Assembly: GCA_052146665.1 (NCBI GenBank)
Contig: JBKQMP010000011.1
Coordinates: 351 to 64,350 of the forward strand
Direction: 5' to 3'
Source: Dissulfurispiraceae bacterium
GTDB lineage: Bacteria; Nitrospirota; Thermodesulfovibrionia; Thermodesulfovibrionales; Dissulfurispiraceae
DNA length: 64,000 nucleotides
Below the pieces are notes generated by a model that did not search any database, was not told the DNA's origin, and saw only the letters and a list, made by a program, of their open reading frames with translations. The position numbers and the translations under genes were made by a program. Below, in pieces: positions 10,304 through 20,511 of this stretch; position 1 is the stretch's first letter; every line of letters starts with the position of its first letter.

Positions 10304-11800
10304 CTAACGATTTAATTTGCCCGATGCCGGCACTGCGCGCTTAAAGGCCCAGGCCTCGAGGCGCTTTATCTGTTCATCCATGGTCACCGCAAGAGCGACG
10401 GTCACCCTCAGAACTGCTAAAAAGTCCTCTTCGATTGCGGGCCGTTTATCGGCAAGGGCTTCAAAAGCCGCTGATTTGACCACCTGCTCAATTTCAGCTC
10501 CGGAAAGACGTTTCGCCAATCGTGCCAGTATCGGGACATCAATACCGGAAGGATCGATATCTTGCTTCCTCATATGAATGCGGAATATTTCTTCCCGCGC
10601 CGTTTCATCGGGAAGCCCCATATAAAAGATCTCATCGAAGCGTCCCTTGCGCAGCACTTCCGCAGGGAGCATCTCGATGGCATTGGCGGTAGCAGCGACG
10701 AAAACAGGCGCCCTTTTTTCCTGCATCCACGTCAGGAAAGACCCGAGAACCCGAGAAGCAGAGCCTCCCTCAGCCTTGAACCCCTGGGATGAAATGCCAG
10801 CCTCGATCTCGTCTATCCAGAGGACGCAAGGCGCAATCGCCTCTGCCGTCCTGAACGCCTTACGCAGGCTAGACTCCGGGCTGCCGAAAGCCCCCCCATA
10901 CACACTCGCCATATCAAGACGGATTAGAGGAAGGCGCCACCGAGTAGCGATCGCTTTAACAAACAGCGATTTGCCGCAGCCGGATATCCCCATGATCAAG
11001 ACCCCTTTTGGCAGTTTTGCACCGGTAGAAATATTATCCAGACCGAATGCGGATTCACGACGCTCCAGCCATTTTTTCAGGTTTTCTATCCCGCCCAGAT
11101 CGTCCAGAGCGGCATCATTTTCGACAAACTCCATGATGCCGCTTTTTCTGATGATCTGCTGTTTGGTTTCGAAGAACGCACGAACTATTTCGCTGCCGCT
11201 GCTGAACTGAGACTGATTGAAAGCGCCTATGCTACGCTCGATGTCCTCCAGATAAAGCCCCTGGGCCGCCACCACCAACCTTTCCAGCAACTCCGGATCA
11301 GCAACACAGGCCTGCGCCAGTAGCGGAAGACGCTCTTTCATGGACTCTAGGTGCGCCTTGATCTCTGCTAGTGCAGGAATTCCCTGGTAGAGAATAACAA
11401 GGTCCTCTCTCAACGGTTCCGGCACGGCTTCCTCTTCTCCAAGGACAATCAAGATCTTTGATCGCACTCGCACGGCAAATTCTTTCAGCTTTCTCATAAT
11501 AAACGGGTTATTTACCCAAAACCTGGAAAGGTCTTTGAAAAGAAAAATGGCAGGTCCCGGCCGCGCAATGGCAAAATCAAGTGCCAGCAGAGGCTGTACT
11601 GTCTCTTTGAACGACGAACCGTCCCGGGTGAAACCTTCGGTGCAGGTCCATACATAAGGACTTCCCAGCCCTTCCACCTGCGCGGCGGACTGTGCTACAA
11701 TTCCCTCCGTGTATCGCTCGTTATCGGTAACGACGTATAATAAGTTGGTTGTGCCGGCCCCGATTATTCTCAGCAAATCCCGGACATTCAGATTGTCCAT
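10304..11800 (-). CDS. AAA+ ATPase with an uncharacterised N-terminal domain of about 250 aa
   Basis: GGGAGG ribosome-binding site. Walker A GISGCGKS, Walker B VLWIDEIE, and a classical-clade AAA C-terminal lid ([12 protein letters not shown]...LSGAEI). Confidence 0.85.
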   Translation of the reverse strand: MDNLNVRDLLRIIGAGTTNLLYVVTDNERYTEGIVAQSAAQVEGLGSPYVWTCTEGFTRDGSSFKETVQPLLALDFAIARPGPAIFLFKDLSRFWVNNPFIMRKLKEFAVRVRSKILIVLGEEEAVPEPLREDLVILYQGIPALAEIKAHLESMKERLPLLAQACVADPELLERLVVAAQGLYLEDIERSIGAFNQSQFSSGSEIVRAFFETKQQIIRKSGIMEFVENDAALDDLGGIENLKKWLERRESAFGLDNISTGAKLPKGVLIMGISGCGKSLFVKAIATRWRLPLIRLDMASVYGGAFGSPESSLRKAFRTAEAIAPCVLWIDEIEAGISSQGFKAEGGSASRVLGSFLTWMQEKRAPVFVAATANAIEMLPAEVLRKGRFDEIFYMGLPDETAREEIFRIHMRKQDIDPSGIDVPILARLAKRLSGAEIEQVVKSAAFEALADKRPAIEEDFLAVLRVTVALAVTMDEQIKRLEAWAFKRAVPASGKLNR

Positions 11801-12572
11801 TATCCTCCCATTAAAGCAAGCCCACTATGGCATTATTTTCTATTCATGCTATGCACTATTATATCACGTTTTAAGGGGGTGAGGTTCTAGAAGAAGGCTC
11901 ATTAATTTGTCCTCAGACCACTCTGTTCAAACGTGTTTCGGCTTCCTTTTTTAGAAAGAAGATCTTAACTAGAAGACAATTGAGATTTATCGCATGAGCT
12001 ACACAAAACAAAAGATCGTACCCATGTGGAGTTTCAAGACGTATTGATAGATAATGAAGAAAGATGACCGCGGCTGTTGATCCCAAGCAGCAGCACGGAC
12101 CTCGATGTTTTCTTAGCTTATCGGGTTCTCGTCGATGGCCTCTGCTTCGAGCAATGTCAACAACATAGCTCCGTCGAAGATATTCAGCGTCGGCAGTATG
12201 GCTGAATATTCATATGAATTTTTCGCTGCGTACGTGCCAGCTCTGATTCCCCCTTGGCTGCATCAACAAGAATTGCTCAGCAGACCATCCAGAATTATTC
12301 AATAGTCGTCTGGCCTCTTTTTGTAAAGGTATGGGGAAAAAAGAGAATCAGTCCAGTCCGGTACGAAGAGGCTCCAACTAAAACTTAACCCAGTGTCCAC
12401 TTTTTAGGGGGAGAGTTCAACTTTTACTCTTCATCCGTAGTCGGTATGTCACACTTGTAATTCACACCTGCAATAATTTGCCGACAGATGATAGGCCACC
12501 CCATTGACTGCATGAACCATTCACATATATGCTACGTGAGTTACCTATCGAGTTCGCACAAAAGGAGACGCC

Positions 12573-15380
12573 GTGCTCAATTTTCTCATATTTGTCATGA
12601 TAAGCCTTGTCTTTTTCCTGCCCGCGTTGCGCAGCGTGAAGCATAGGCGTTATAAAAGTGCTGGTATATTTGCACTGTTCGGGATCGCAACACTCGCTGG
12701 CATTCACATCTGGAGCGACGTCTACCTCACATCGCTGTGGTACGACGACCTCGGATACGCAAGCCGATACTGGAAAGTGCTTCTTCTCCAAGCAGAGCTG
12801 TTTGTCGCCGGTGGGTTCGTTGCAATCTCCTTGGGTGTGGCAAATGTCTTTTTCTGGTACCGTGGCGCCAAACCGGCAGGGCCAACGCTTGTAGGAGACA
12901 ACCGCTCAAAGCTTATTCTCCTGATGGCCCTTATCCTCCAGATACCGTTGTTTATCGTCTCCGGTACGATAAGCTCAGAACACTGGAATGAGGCGCTCCT
13001 TTTTTTCAATGCGGTACCTTTTGGGAAAGCAGATCCGGTCTTTCTGAAAGACATCGGATTCTTCATATTCAGGCTGCCCTTTTTGAATTTCATTGTGGAG
13101 TCGCTTAGCAGCCTCTTTACCTTTTCCCTTTTACTAGTCGGAGGCCTCTATATGGTCGAGAATGCGCTTTTTCGTATATTCTCTCGACTTGCCTTCGACA
13201 ACTTTACCCGGAGTCCGTTTACCCACCGTCTCGTTACACAAATCTCTGCGAACTTCGTCTTCGGTACCCTCATCTTCATCGCCAGGACCTTCATCTCCAG
13301 ATACGAACTCCTCTATTCCCATAGGGGAGTGGTCTACGGCGCAGGCTGGACCGATTTGCATGCGCAGCTGCCTGCGTACAATGTTGCGCTCGTGGCGCTC
13401 GCGGGTTGTCTCATCCTTTTTCTCTACGCATCCTTCACTAGTTCCACCCGGCGAACTGTAGGAATCTATCTGGCCAGCGCTGCCTTCCTTGGCGCTATAT
13501 GGATCGTCGGGCTTCAGATAATTCCACAGATAATCCAGCACTTCAGGGTAGCACCGAACGAGCTTCCTCTCGAGAGTCCCTACCTGGAAAGGAACATAAA
13601 GTTCACAAAGGAAGCCTATGGACTCACAAATGTCGCTGAGATAGAGTTTCCCGTTAACCCCTCGCCAACCGGGGTTCTCGCACAAAGTGACCTGACGATC
13701 ATCAATGGCATACGGCTCTGGGCACCGGATATCCTCAAAGCTGTGAATGACCAGACGCAGTTCATACGCCTCTACTACAATTTTCCCGATGTCGACGTCG
13801 ATCGCTACATGCTTAACGGTAAGCTCACCCAGCTTATGCTTTCGTTGCGTGAGTTGAATATCAATCGCCTTGCCGCCCAATCAAGGACCTTTCAGAATGA
13901 AACGATGATCTACACCCACGGCTATGGCGATGTTGCCGCTCCCGTAAACAAGTTCACTCATGAGGGGTTGCCTGAATACTTTATAAAAGACATCCCGCCC
14001 GTCGCGTCCTATCCCGAACTCAAAATAGACCAGCCGCGTATCTACTTCGGCGAAGAGACCTTGAATCATGTTTACATTAACACCAGGCTTAAGGAGTTCG
14101 ATTATCCAAAAGGTGACACCAACGTCCAAAACACCTATTCTGGCAAGGCGGGAGTGAAAATTGACAGCTTTCTGAAGAAACTCGCTATCGCCATGCGGTT
14201 CGATGGACTGAGACTCTTCACTACCCAGGAACTCACTCCCGAAAGCCGCATCCTCTTCACGCGAGACATTAATCAACGAGTGCGTACGATTGCACCTTTT
14301 CTCACATTCGATAGCGATATGTACCATGTGATAGTGGAAGGAAAGATCTACTTCATCTGGGATGCTTACACGACCGCAGAGACCTACCCTTACTCACAAC
14401 CGATTATGGAAAAAGCAAATTACATACGAAACAGCGTTAAGGTTGTGGTCGATGCCTATGAAGGCTCGGTGGACTTCTACGTTGCCGACAAAGCCGACCC
14501 GCTCATTCAGGCTTATGCCAGAGCCTTCCCCTCTCTGTTTAAACCCTTCGATGCGATGCCGAAATCATTGAAGGCCCACGTAAGATACCCCGAGGACCTT
14601 CTCAGCGTCCAGAGCCACATCTACGCGATCTATCATATGGCGGATCCCGGCGTATTCTATAATCGCGAGGATGCCTGGGAAATATCCCGGGTCGCCGTAC
14701 GACAAGAGGAAGCGCAGCCTATTCTACCCTACTATCTGATCTCGAAGCTTCCCGATTCGGATAGAGAGGAGTTTGTTCTTACCCTCCCATACTCTCCATA
14801 CAGCACTGATAAGAACAGTCCGAGGAACAACATGGTGGCCATGATCATGGCGCGGTGCGATGGTGATGAGTACGGGAAACTGATGCTCTTTAAATTTCCT
14901 AAGGACCGCCAAGTCTACGGGCCACTCCAGATTGGTATTCGCATTAATCAGGACGAGACGATAAGCAAGGACCTCACTCTCTGGAACCAGCAAGGAAGCC
15001 AAGTGAGGTTCGGGAACCTCCTCGCCGTGCCGCTTTCCGGATACCGTCTCATGTATGTACAGCCTATTTACATCCAGGCATCGGTGGGGAAAATGCCGGA
15101 GTTAAGAAGAGTCGTCGTAGTGTTCGGTGATCAACTCTCTTATGGTGCATCCTTTGAAGAGGCCCTGAGCAAATTCTTCCCACAGATCGCGGGTTCTGCG
15201 ACCGAGAACATCGTAAAACTTACCGCAACGAAAGAGGAAAAAAAGGCCGATAGAAAGGATCTTATTGCAGCCGCAGCCAAGGCCTTCGAGAATTACAGGA
15301 ACCTTATGGGTAAAGGGAAGTACGAAGAAGCGGGAAAAGCACTTGAGGAACTCGGTAATATCCTTAACCAGATGAAATAA
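12573..15380 (+). CDS. UPF0182-family large membrane protein
   Basis: GTG start 6 nt after AAGGAG. It has about seven N-terminal transmembrane helices and a large soluble part, 935 aa in total. The stretches WYDDLGYASRYWKVLL and PELRRVVVVFGDQLSYGASFEEAL resemble the family as I remember it. Confidence 0.75.
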   Translation: MLNFLIFVMISLVFFLPALRSVKHRRYKSAGIFALFGIATLAGIHIWSDVYLTSLWYDDLGYASRYWKVLLLQAELFVAGGFVAISLGVANVFFWYRGAKPAGPTLVGDNRSKLILLMALILQIPLFIVSGTISSEHWNEALLFFNAVPFGKADPVFLKDIGFFIFRLPFLNFIVESLSSLFTFSLLLVGGLYMVENALFRIFSRLAFDNFTRSPFTHRLVTQISANFVFGTLIFIARTFISRYELLYSHRGVVYGAGWTDLHAQLPAYNVALVALAGCLILFLYASFTSSTRRTVGIYLASAAFLGAIWIVGLQIIPQIIQHFRVAPNELPLESPYLERNIKFTKEAYGLTNVAEIEFPVNPSPTGVLAQSDLTIINGIRLWAPDILKAVNDQTQFIRLYYNFPDVDVDRYMLNGKLTQLMLSLRELNINRLAAQSRTFQNETMIYTHGYGDVAAPVNKFTHEGLPEYFIKDIPPVASYPELKIDQPRIYFGEETLNHVYINTRLKEFDYPKGDTNVQNTYSGKAGVKIDSFLKKLAIAMRFDGLRLFTTQELTPESRILFTRDINQRVRTIAPFLTFDSDMYHVIVEGKIYFIWDAYTTAETYPYSQPIMEKANYIRNSVKVVVDAYEGSVDFYVADKADPLIQAYARAFPSLFKPFDAMPKSLKAHVRYPEDLLSVQSHIYAIYHMADPGVFYNREDAWEISRVAVRQEEAQPILPYYLISKLPDSDREEFVLTLPYSPYSTDKNSPRNNMVAMIMARCDGDEYGKLMLFKFPKDRQVYGPLQIGIRINQDETISKDLTLWNQQGSQVRFGNLLAVPLSGYRLMYVQPIYIQASVGKMPELRRVVVVFGDQLSYGASFEEALSKFFPQIAGSATENIVKLTATKEEKKADRKDLIAAAAKAFENYRNLMGKGKYEEAGKALEELGNILNQMK

Positions 15381-16133
15381 CCGTCTATATAGCGGCCACC
15401 CTCTAGTTTCAGGACGATAGTCTCTATAGAGATTTCCGTCGGACATTTCAATAAATTTCCGGACAATAGCATATCTTGGGATTCTTTATCCGTCGTGAAG
15501 ACATTTAAAAGATCAAATTATACCGAAAACAGATTCCCTAAGCATTGTGTATGGAGCCTTGCTGCATAATTCATCGTAATCCTTCCAGCCATGATTTTTT
15601 ACGTCATCTGTCTGTCTAGGCCTTTTTTGGAAAACTCTATCCAGCCATCCTCGTTGCTCGAATTGTGTATCTCCGCGGCACAATAATATTTGCGCAGTGA
15701 GAGCACCATGCCAGTCCAGGAAGGGCTAAGCGGCGCTCAAGTAGGAATAGCCGAACCATCCTCTCGGTATCGGTTCTTACGTCGTTCTGTCTCCCTGATG
15801 AAAAATGCCGGTTTGTAACATTTATCTGCGAGACATGAAAAAGTGATAGAGCATTTCATCCAGGGCTTCGTGCGGTGTGCACAGAATTACCAAATATTCT
15901 CATGAAATACTGAAAGCCTGCAATTGTGACAGCGGTCACAAATTCCCTATGCATAAAATGTGATGCAATTACATCGCGAAGCCTTTTGGAGTCATAAAAA
16001 ATAAGACATTTGCTTCGTGCTGGAAGATATTATGAGTATGCTTAAAAAGGTGACGTGATATCTGACGCATGTTATCAGGTCAAAGTGGCAAATTTGCTTG
16101 GTAACAGTTCGCTCAAATTTTGAAGGAGGACAT

Positions 16134-16937
16134 ATGAAAAAAATACACATAGCATTTGTTGTGACAACTCTTGTTTTTTTATTGATGGCAGGAGTGCCAA
16201 ATGTTGGGTTTGCGGCTGGCCAGGGCCAGGCTGTCTGCGGAAGCGCTAACGGGGCGAACTTTCCTGCCGGCTCGCCTCCTACGTCCGGCCTCTGCAGTAC
16301 CGGGAGGGCCAGCACGTTAGTGGCAGGGACGGAGGGTTGGTCCTGGACATGCACAGGCGCGAATGGAAAATCAACATTGTGCCAGGCCTACGCAAGCATC
16401 GCCCCTGTCTGCGGACCTGCCGACGGGAGCTGCACAGGCACAGCTCCGACTACAGGCCTTTGCAGCGCCGGTGAGCCCTCTGCGGTCACTGGGTCGGCAA
16501 CAACCGGGTGGAGCTGGACGTGTTCATCTGCCGGCCTGACCGAATCTTGCAGCGCACTCAGTGCGGCATGCACTAACTCCAGCTTTTACTATCGTGACAC
16601 AATATCCTGGACATCCTGCGCCTTGAGCGCTGGGAACCCGGCAACGAAAAACTCAGCTACTGTTGTTACTGCTGTCACGCCAGTAACCACAACGGCCGGC
16701 GAATACTCCTGTGAAATGTCCTTCACAATCACGGGCGACCCCTTCTCTTCCACCACCGCTCCTTTCTGCGTCGCGACTCCCGTGACGGGACTTTTCGCGA
16801 GCGGCTACACTGCGTATGCCACGTTTGACGTGACGTCAGGCACCCCAAACACTTACAGTGTCAACGTTGTCATACCACAATGCACGACTAGCGCGTGCTT
16901 AGCCCCAGGAGGAGTCAGTATCATTTGCGTTCCGTAA
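16134..16937 (+). CDS. Secreted Cys-rich protein with two tandem modules of about 47 aa
   Basis: I prefer the start at ATG 16134 (GGAGGA 4 nt upstream) over the TTG at 16098. Signal peptide MKKIHIAFVVTTLVFLLMAGVPNVGFA. Repeated module CG.A.G...P.T.GLCS.G....G.WSWTC......C. Confidence 0.7.
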   Translation: MKKIHIAFVVTTLVFLLMAGVPNVGFAAGQGQAVCGSANGANFPAGSPPTSGLCSTGRASTLVAGTEGWSWTCTGANGKSTLCQAYASIAPVCGPADGSCTGTAPTTGLCSAGEPSAVTGSATTGWSWTCSSAGLTESCSALSAACTNSSFYYRDTISWTSCALSAGNPATKNSATVVTAVTPVTTTAGEYSCEMSFTITGDPFSSTTAPFCVATPVTGLFASGYTAYATFDVTSGTPNTYSVNVVIPQCTTSACLAPGGVSIICVP

Positions 16938-16980
16938 GGGCAGAGTCTATTGTTAACCCTGCATCAAACGCAGAAAGAGA

Positions 16981-17018
16981 GGAGACTAAAAAGTCCCCTC
17001 TCTTTCTGATAAAGCCGA
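16981..17018 (+). terminator. Strong hairpin downstream of the Cys-rich protein gene
   Basis: Perfect 12-bp stem, CAGAAAGAGAGG (16981-16992) pairing with CCTCTCTTTCTG (17007-17018), with a 14-nt loop. There is no clear U-tract. Confidence 0.4.
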
Positions 17019-17345
17019 CAGACGAGTATCTAATGCCAACGGGAACCCCGTGTTGTGACAAGAAACTAACCGTCTTGGTTCCAGGAAGAAAGGTTACGAC
17101 TCACATGTCGTTTTCGTGACCAATCGTTTTGTCCCGTGTCATGCTCCATAAATACCTCATAAAAGCGCTAGATGTTTCTTCTGATCTTTCCTGAACTCGA
17201 CCCTGGCAGTCCAAGTCTTATCATGCAGAGTTAAATCGGGAAGCTGCACAAACTTGTCGGCGTTGTTCGCCACTCTACGCAAGCAGTTGGTGGGCGCCCA
17301 CTAGGGCGCCCACTATTGACAAGGTCAGCGGGGTAGGCCCATTGA

Positions 17346-17789
17346 TTAATGTCTGTAATGTCCGTAATGCCCATGTACAAATTGTTGATGAGTAATCGTT
17401 CTATAGTGCCACGGGCGACCGTTCCAACTATGACTGCCGTAATATCCTCGCCACCCTGGATTTACACGGCCGTAAAATGCTGGCACTCCACCTCTATAGT
17501 ATCCCCATCCACGATTGTAGTAATGTGAACGGTACCAATAACCACCCCAAGGACGCCACCACCAACCATTCCAGAAAAAGAGATCCACAGAAACTTCAGG
17601 AGCAACGTAAACACCTGTTGCACCAGGTAGCGCTACCATAGCTGGAGGTGTCTCAACTACGATAGGTGGCGGCAAAGCAACTCCAACTCCAACCCCTACA
17701 CTTACGCCTGCGTAACTCTGTGAATAAAAGCCACTCAGCACCAGAAAGACGGCGCTAATCCCCAACAAACCTAACTTTTGTGTTTTCAT
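17346..17789 (-). CDS. Secreted Trp/Tyr/Gly/Arg/His-rich protein
   Basis: Start taken at MKTQK (17789), preceded by GGAGGG. Signal peptide, a (GV)n linker and a PPPIVVETPP segment. The tail reads FFWNGWWWRPWGGYWYRSHYYNRGWGYYRGG...HGHYGHYRH, reminiscent of YXWGXW-repeat proteins. Confidence 0.65.
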   Translation of the reverse strand: MKTQKLGLLGISAVFLVLSGFYSQSYAGVSVGVGVGVALPPPIVVETPPAMVALPGATGVYVAPEVSVDLFFWNGWWWRPWGGYWYRSHYYNRGWGYYRGGVPAFYGRVNPGWRGYYGSHSWNGRPWHYRTITHQQFVHGHYGHYRH

Positions 17790-18120
17790 GGTATTACCCT
17801 CCATTATGTCCCTGAGCTTTGGCTACTCAGGAATTTGAGATTATCTTCTAACCTACCTAATGCACACTTCGTGCCAGTCCTCAGTGACGATCTAACACCT
17901 TGTCAGAGTTCGATCGTCACTTATTCTTGACAATGTACAAGCCATTCATAGACGCTTTTGGTAAAGATGATCCCGATTTGGGGAATTCTAGGAGATCAAC
18001 TAATAATTTTGCACTCGCATATTCTGGATGACCTGCACGAAATAGCCTTTTCCAGGACTGTGTTTAGCATGACCGGAAATTGTTAGTTTGTTTTCTTCCA
18101 TAACTTCACAATCCTCAAAA

Positions 18121-20043
18121 CTAGAATAAGCTTCTTATGAAAAGCTGCCCATATGACCTAGTCTCCACCCGCTCATCACATATTATTAATCTCCCCGTGT
18201 CATTCTTCGATCGAATCAGTCTGCCGACTCCCTGCTTGAATTTCAGAATGGCTCGAGGAAGCTGGTACTCCTTGAAAGCGTTGCCGCCTCTGCTGGTAAT
18301 GTCTTCTAATCGGGCCATAGTTATTGGCTCATCCGGGACTTCGAAGGGAATCTTTGTGATGATCACAGTTCTTAATGAGTCTCCTTTGATATCAACACCC
18401 TCCCAGAATGAATCAAGCCCGAATATAATGCAGTCATTCTTACTTCTCATGATTTCGAGCATCGTCCTATTTTGTAACTCTTCTCCTTGAATCATAGGAG
18501 TTAACCCCATGTTTGAGAATGCCTGCAAGGTCAGTTCGCGCGTTTTTCGCATCACATCTCTGGACGTAAAAAGCACCAGGATGCCCCCGCGTCTTCGCGC
18601 ACCTTCCTCGATGATTATACTGGCGAGCTTAGCAATATCGCCCTCACCCCTTAACAAATCAACGCCTCTCTCTATTTCGATCTCCACCTGCTCTCTCAGG
18701 TTGAAGGGAGAGGGAACCGACAACTTCTCGGAGTTTTCAAGACCTAGCATCCCCGTCGTAAATCCAAAGTCACCCGAAACTGAAAGAGTGGCCGAGGTGA
18801 CTATTATCGATCTGTATCGGGGTATTACATTGTTGATCATGAAATCTCTAGGATATAGAGGCGACATCCTAAGTGCAATCCTAGAAGGACCTATTTCAGC
18901 CCACCTGACGAAATCTGTCATGCCTTCCGCAAAAAGCTCCAATGAATCGGCGAATGACGTGAGCTTGAGCATTTCAGACTTCAGCTCTATTTCATGGTTT
19001 TCCTCAAAAAGCCCCCTGGTGGAAATTTTGATATTATCAACGAATGTCTTAATTGAAGCGGACATATCTTTCATCATACGATCCAGTCCAAATAGGCCTT
19101 TGATCATTTGCCTGTCCCTTAGCTCCCTTCTTACTTCGCTCCATAACAACGCCACTTCTGTTTTCAACGCTTGAAAGGGGGAAAACAAATGATCAGAATT
19201 ACAGAGGAGACCTTTGTATTTTTCCCTTTCATCAATCCTTAACAGTCTGTTGAGGATTCTTTCGAATCCCAAGTTTGAAAGACTGATACCTATCTGCTCG
19301 GAAAGGACGTGCTCCAGTGCGTGTCCCTCGTCAATCACAAGTATGTCTGCCGGAGGCAGTAACCTTGACTCAGCCGGTAGCATTTCATTGATGCTTATTA
19401 GAGCATGGTTGGCCACGACAATCTGAGCAGTTTCCCATTTCTTTCTGGCCTTAAAATAGAAGCAATTATGATAAAATGGGCATTTCCTGCCAGTACAAGC
19501 ATCGGGGTCCGAGCGCACTTTATCCCACAAATCTGATTTCCTAAATCTGCTATCCTCTATGTCTCCTGTCTCTGTTTCAGCAGACCAGAAGAAGATCGCT
19601 TTGTATTCACTCTGAGCAATTCCTTCTTCTTGCCTATAAGCATTTAGGCGCCTCAGACACAGATAATTGCCCCTGCCTTTTGCAAGGGCATAGGTAATCT
19701 CTTTAGACAATGACAGAACTCGCAAGTCCTTCGATGTGAGCTGTTCCTGTAGGTTTATTGTCTTTGTGGAAATTATCGCCCGTTTATCTGAAAGAATTAT
19801 CGGTATCAGATAAGCGAATGTCTTGCCTGTTCCAGTTCCGGCTTCCGCTATCACTATGCCGCCATCGTCGATTATTCTCGAGCATACCTTCATCATCTCC
19901 ACTTGGGAAGGCCTGACCTCATAATCCTGCATCGAGGATGCAACCCTCTCCTCTAAGAACCATTCGGCTCTCTGATGAAGATCCTGATTTCCATCCTCAC
20001 TCCAGTCCCAGTTTACCTTTGCCATGTTCTCTAGTTTAATCAA
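18121..20043 (-). CDS. dinG: DinG/XPD(Rad3)-family ATP-dependent DNA helicase
   Basis: Walker A AEAGTGTGKTFAYLIP and DEAH-type box VIDEGHAL. Fe-S domain cysteines (CLRRL...C.GRKCPFY.NC) and C-terminal helicase motifs GRLIR. The start may instead be the ATG at 20025. Confidence 0.85.
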   Translation of the reverse strand: MIKLENMAKVNWDWSEDGNQDLHQRAEWFLEERVASSMQDYEVRPSQVEMMKVCSRIIDDGGIVIAEAGTGTGKTFAYLIPIILSDKRAIISTKTINLQEQLTSKDLRVLSLSKEITYALAKGRGNYLCLRRLNAYRQEEGIAQSEYKAIFFWSAETETGDIEDSRFRKSDLWDKVRSDPDACTGRKCPFYHNCFYFKARKKWETAQIVVANHALISINEMLPAESRLLPPADILVIDEGHALEHVLSEQIGISLSNLGFERILNRLLRIDEREKYKGLLCNSDHLFSPFQALKTEVALLWSEVRRELRDRQMIKGLFGLDRMMKDMSASIKTFVDNIKISTRGLFEENHEIELKSEMLKLTSFADSLELFAEGMTDFVRWAEIGPSRIALRMSPLYPRDFMINNVIPRYRSIIVTSATLSVSGDFGFTTGMLGLENSEKLSVPSPFNLREQVEIEIERGVDLLRGEGDIAKLASIIIEEGARRRGGILVLFTSRDVMRKTRELTLQAFSNMGLTPMIQGEELQNRTMLEIMRSKNDCIIFGLDSFWEGVDIKGDSLRTVIITKIPFEVPDEPITMARLEDITSRGGNAFKEYQLPRAILKFKQGVGRLIRSKNDTGRLIICDERVETRSYGQLFIRSLF

Positions 20044-20511
20044 GATAGCGCCCTCTTTGCATCCCCGTACTCCAAATTGTTCGGTGAGCTAACTTTTTTT
20101 GTGAGATCGGCCGCAACTGCAGGCGTATTATCTTGCAAACGCCCGCAGGCGCAAAGACCTCTGCCGTGCCACTCTTAAGCGGTCAGCTCTGTCGTTATAT
20201 CAGGAGTCCCGCACTCCTAGGGTTCGGAGAGCTCCCATCGCGGGAAGACTCATAAATCTTAAAGACCTTTAAACCGATTAAGGCTGCCTTTTGTTATATT
20301 CTCCGTTTTACCTGATGATAACCACCCTGGTATCTTTCTCAACACCATGTTCCCCAATTCTGTTGAACCTCATTATGGCCTATCCTACGATGCACGGGTT
20401 ATATTCTACAATTGGTAGGGCCGAGCTAAAAATTGACCAAAAGCAGGGGAATTCTTCCTATAACGAAATGCTCCAAGGTCACTTATTTACCCGGATCTTT
20501 CCCAGCATTAT

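Noticed and set aside
10200-12406. 13-bp inverted repeat AAAAAGTGGACAC ... GTGTCCACTTTTT flanking the AAA+ ATPase gene, with a weaker third copy near 27836. I first read this as possible transposon ends.
   Set aside because: A rough estimate gives on the order of one or two chance 13-mer inverted matches within about 2 kb in a 64-kb window. The motif is partly an A/T run, similarity does not extend beyond the 13 bp, and I saw no target-site duplication or transposase.
13134-14327. Long minus-strand ORFs (248 aa and 148 aa) inside the UPF0182 gene. The same issue applies to 6788..7318 (176 aa) inside uppP, 23197..24243 (348 aa) inside napA, 37733..38359 inside panB, 44703..45753 inside the NuoG-like gene, 60650..61393 inside the cysteine synthase gene, and 18509..19174 inside dinG.
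   Set aside because: All are antisense to genes with strong family motifs. They lack ribosome-binding sites and have skewed compositions (Ser/Arg/Pro-rich), as expected of antisense frames.
15381-16133. About 65-codon stop-free minus-strand stretch (..LDWHGALTAQILLCRGDTQFEQRGWLDRVFQKRPRQTDDVKNHGWKDYDELCSKAPYTML..) in the 750-bp gap after the UPF0182 gene; possible gene remnant
   Set aside because: It has no start codon, no ribosome-binding site, and no motif I can assign. It cannot be distinguished from chance without a BLASTX search.
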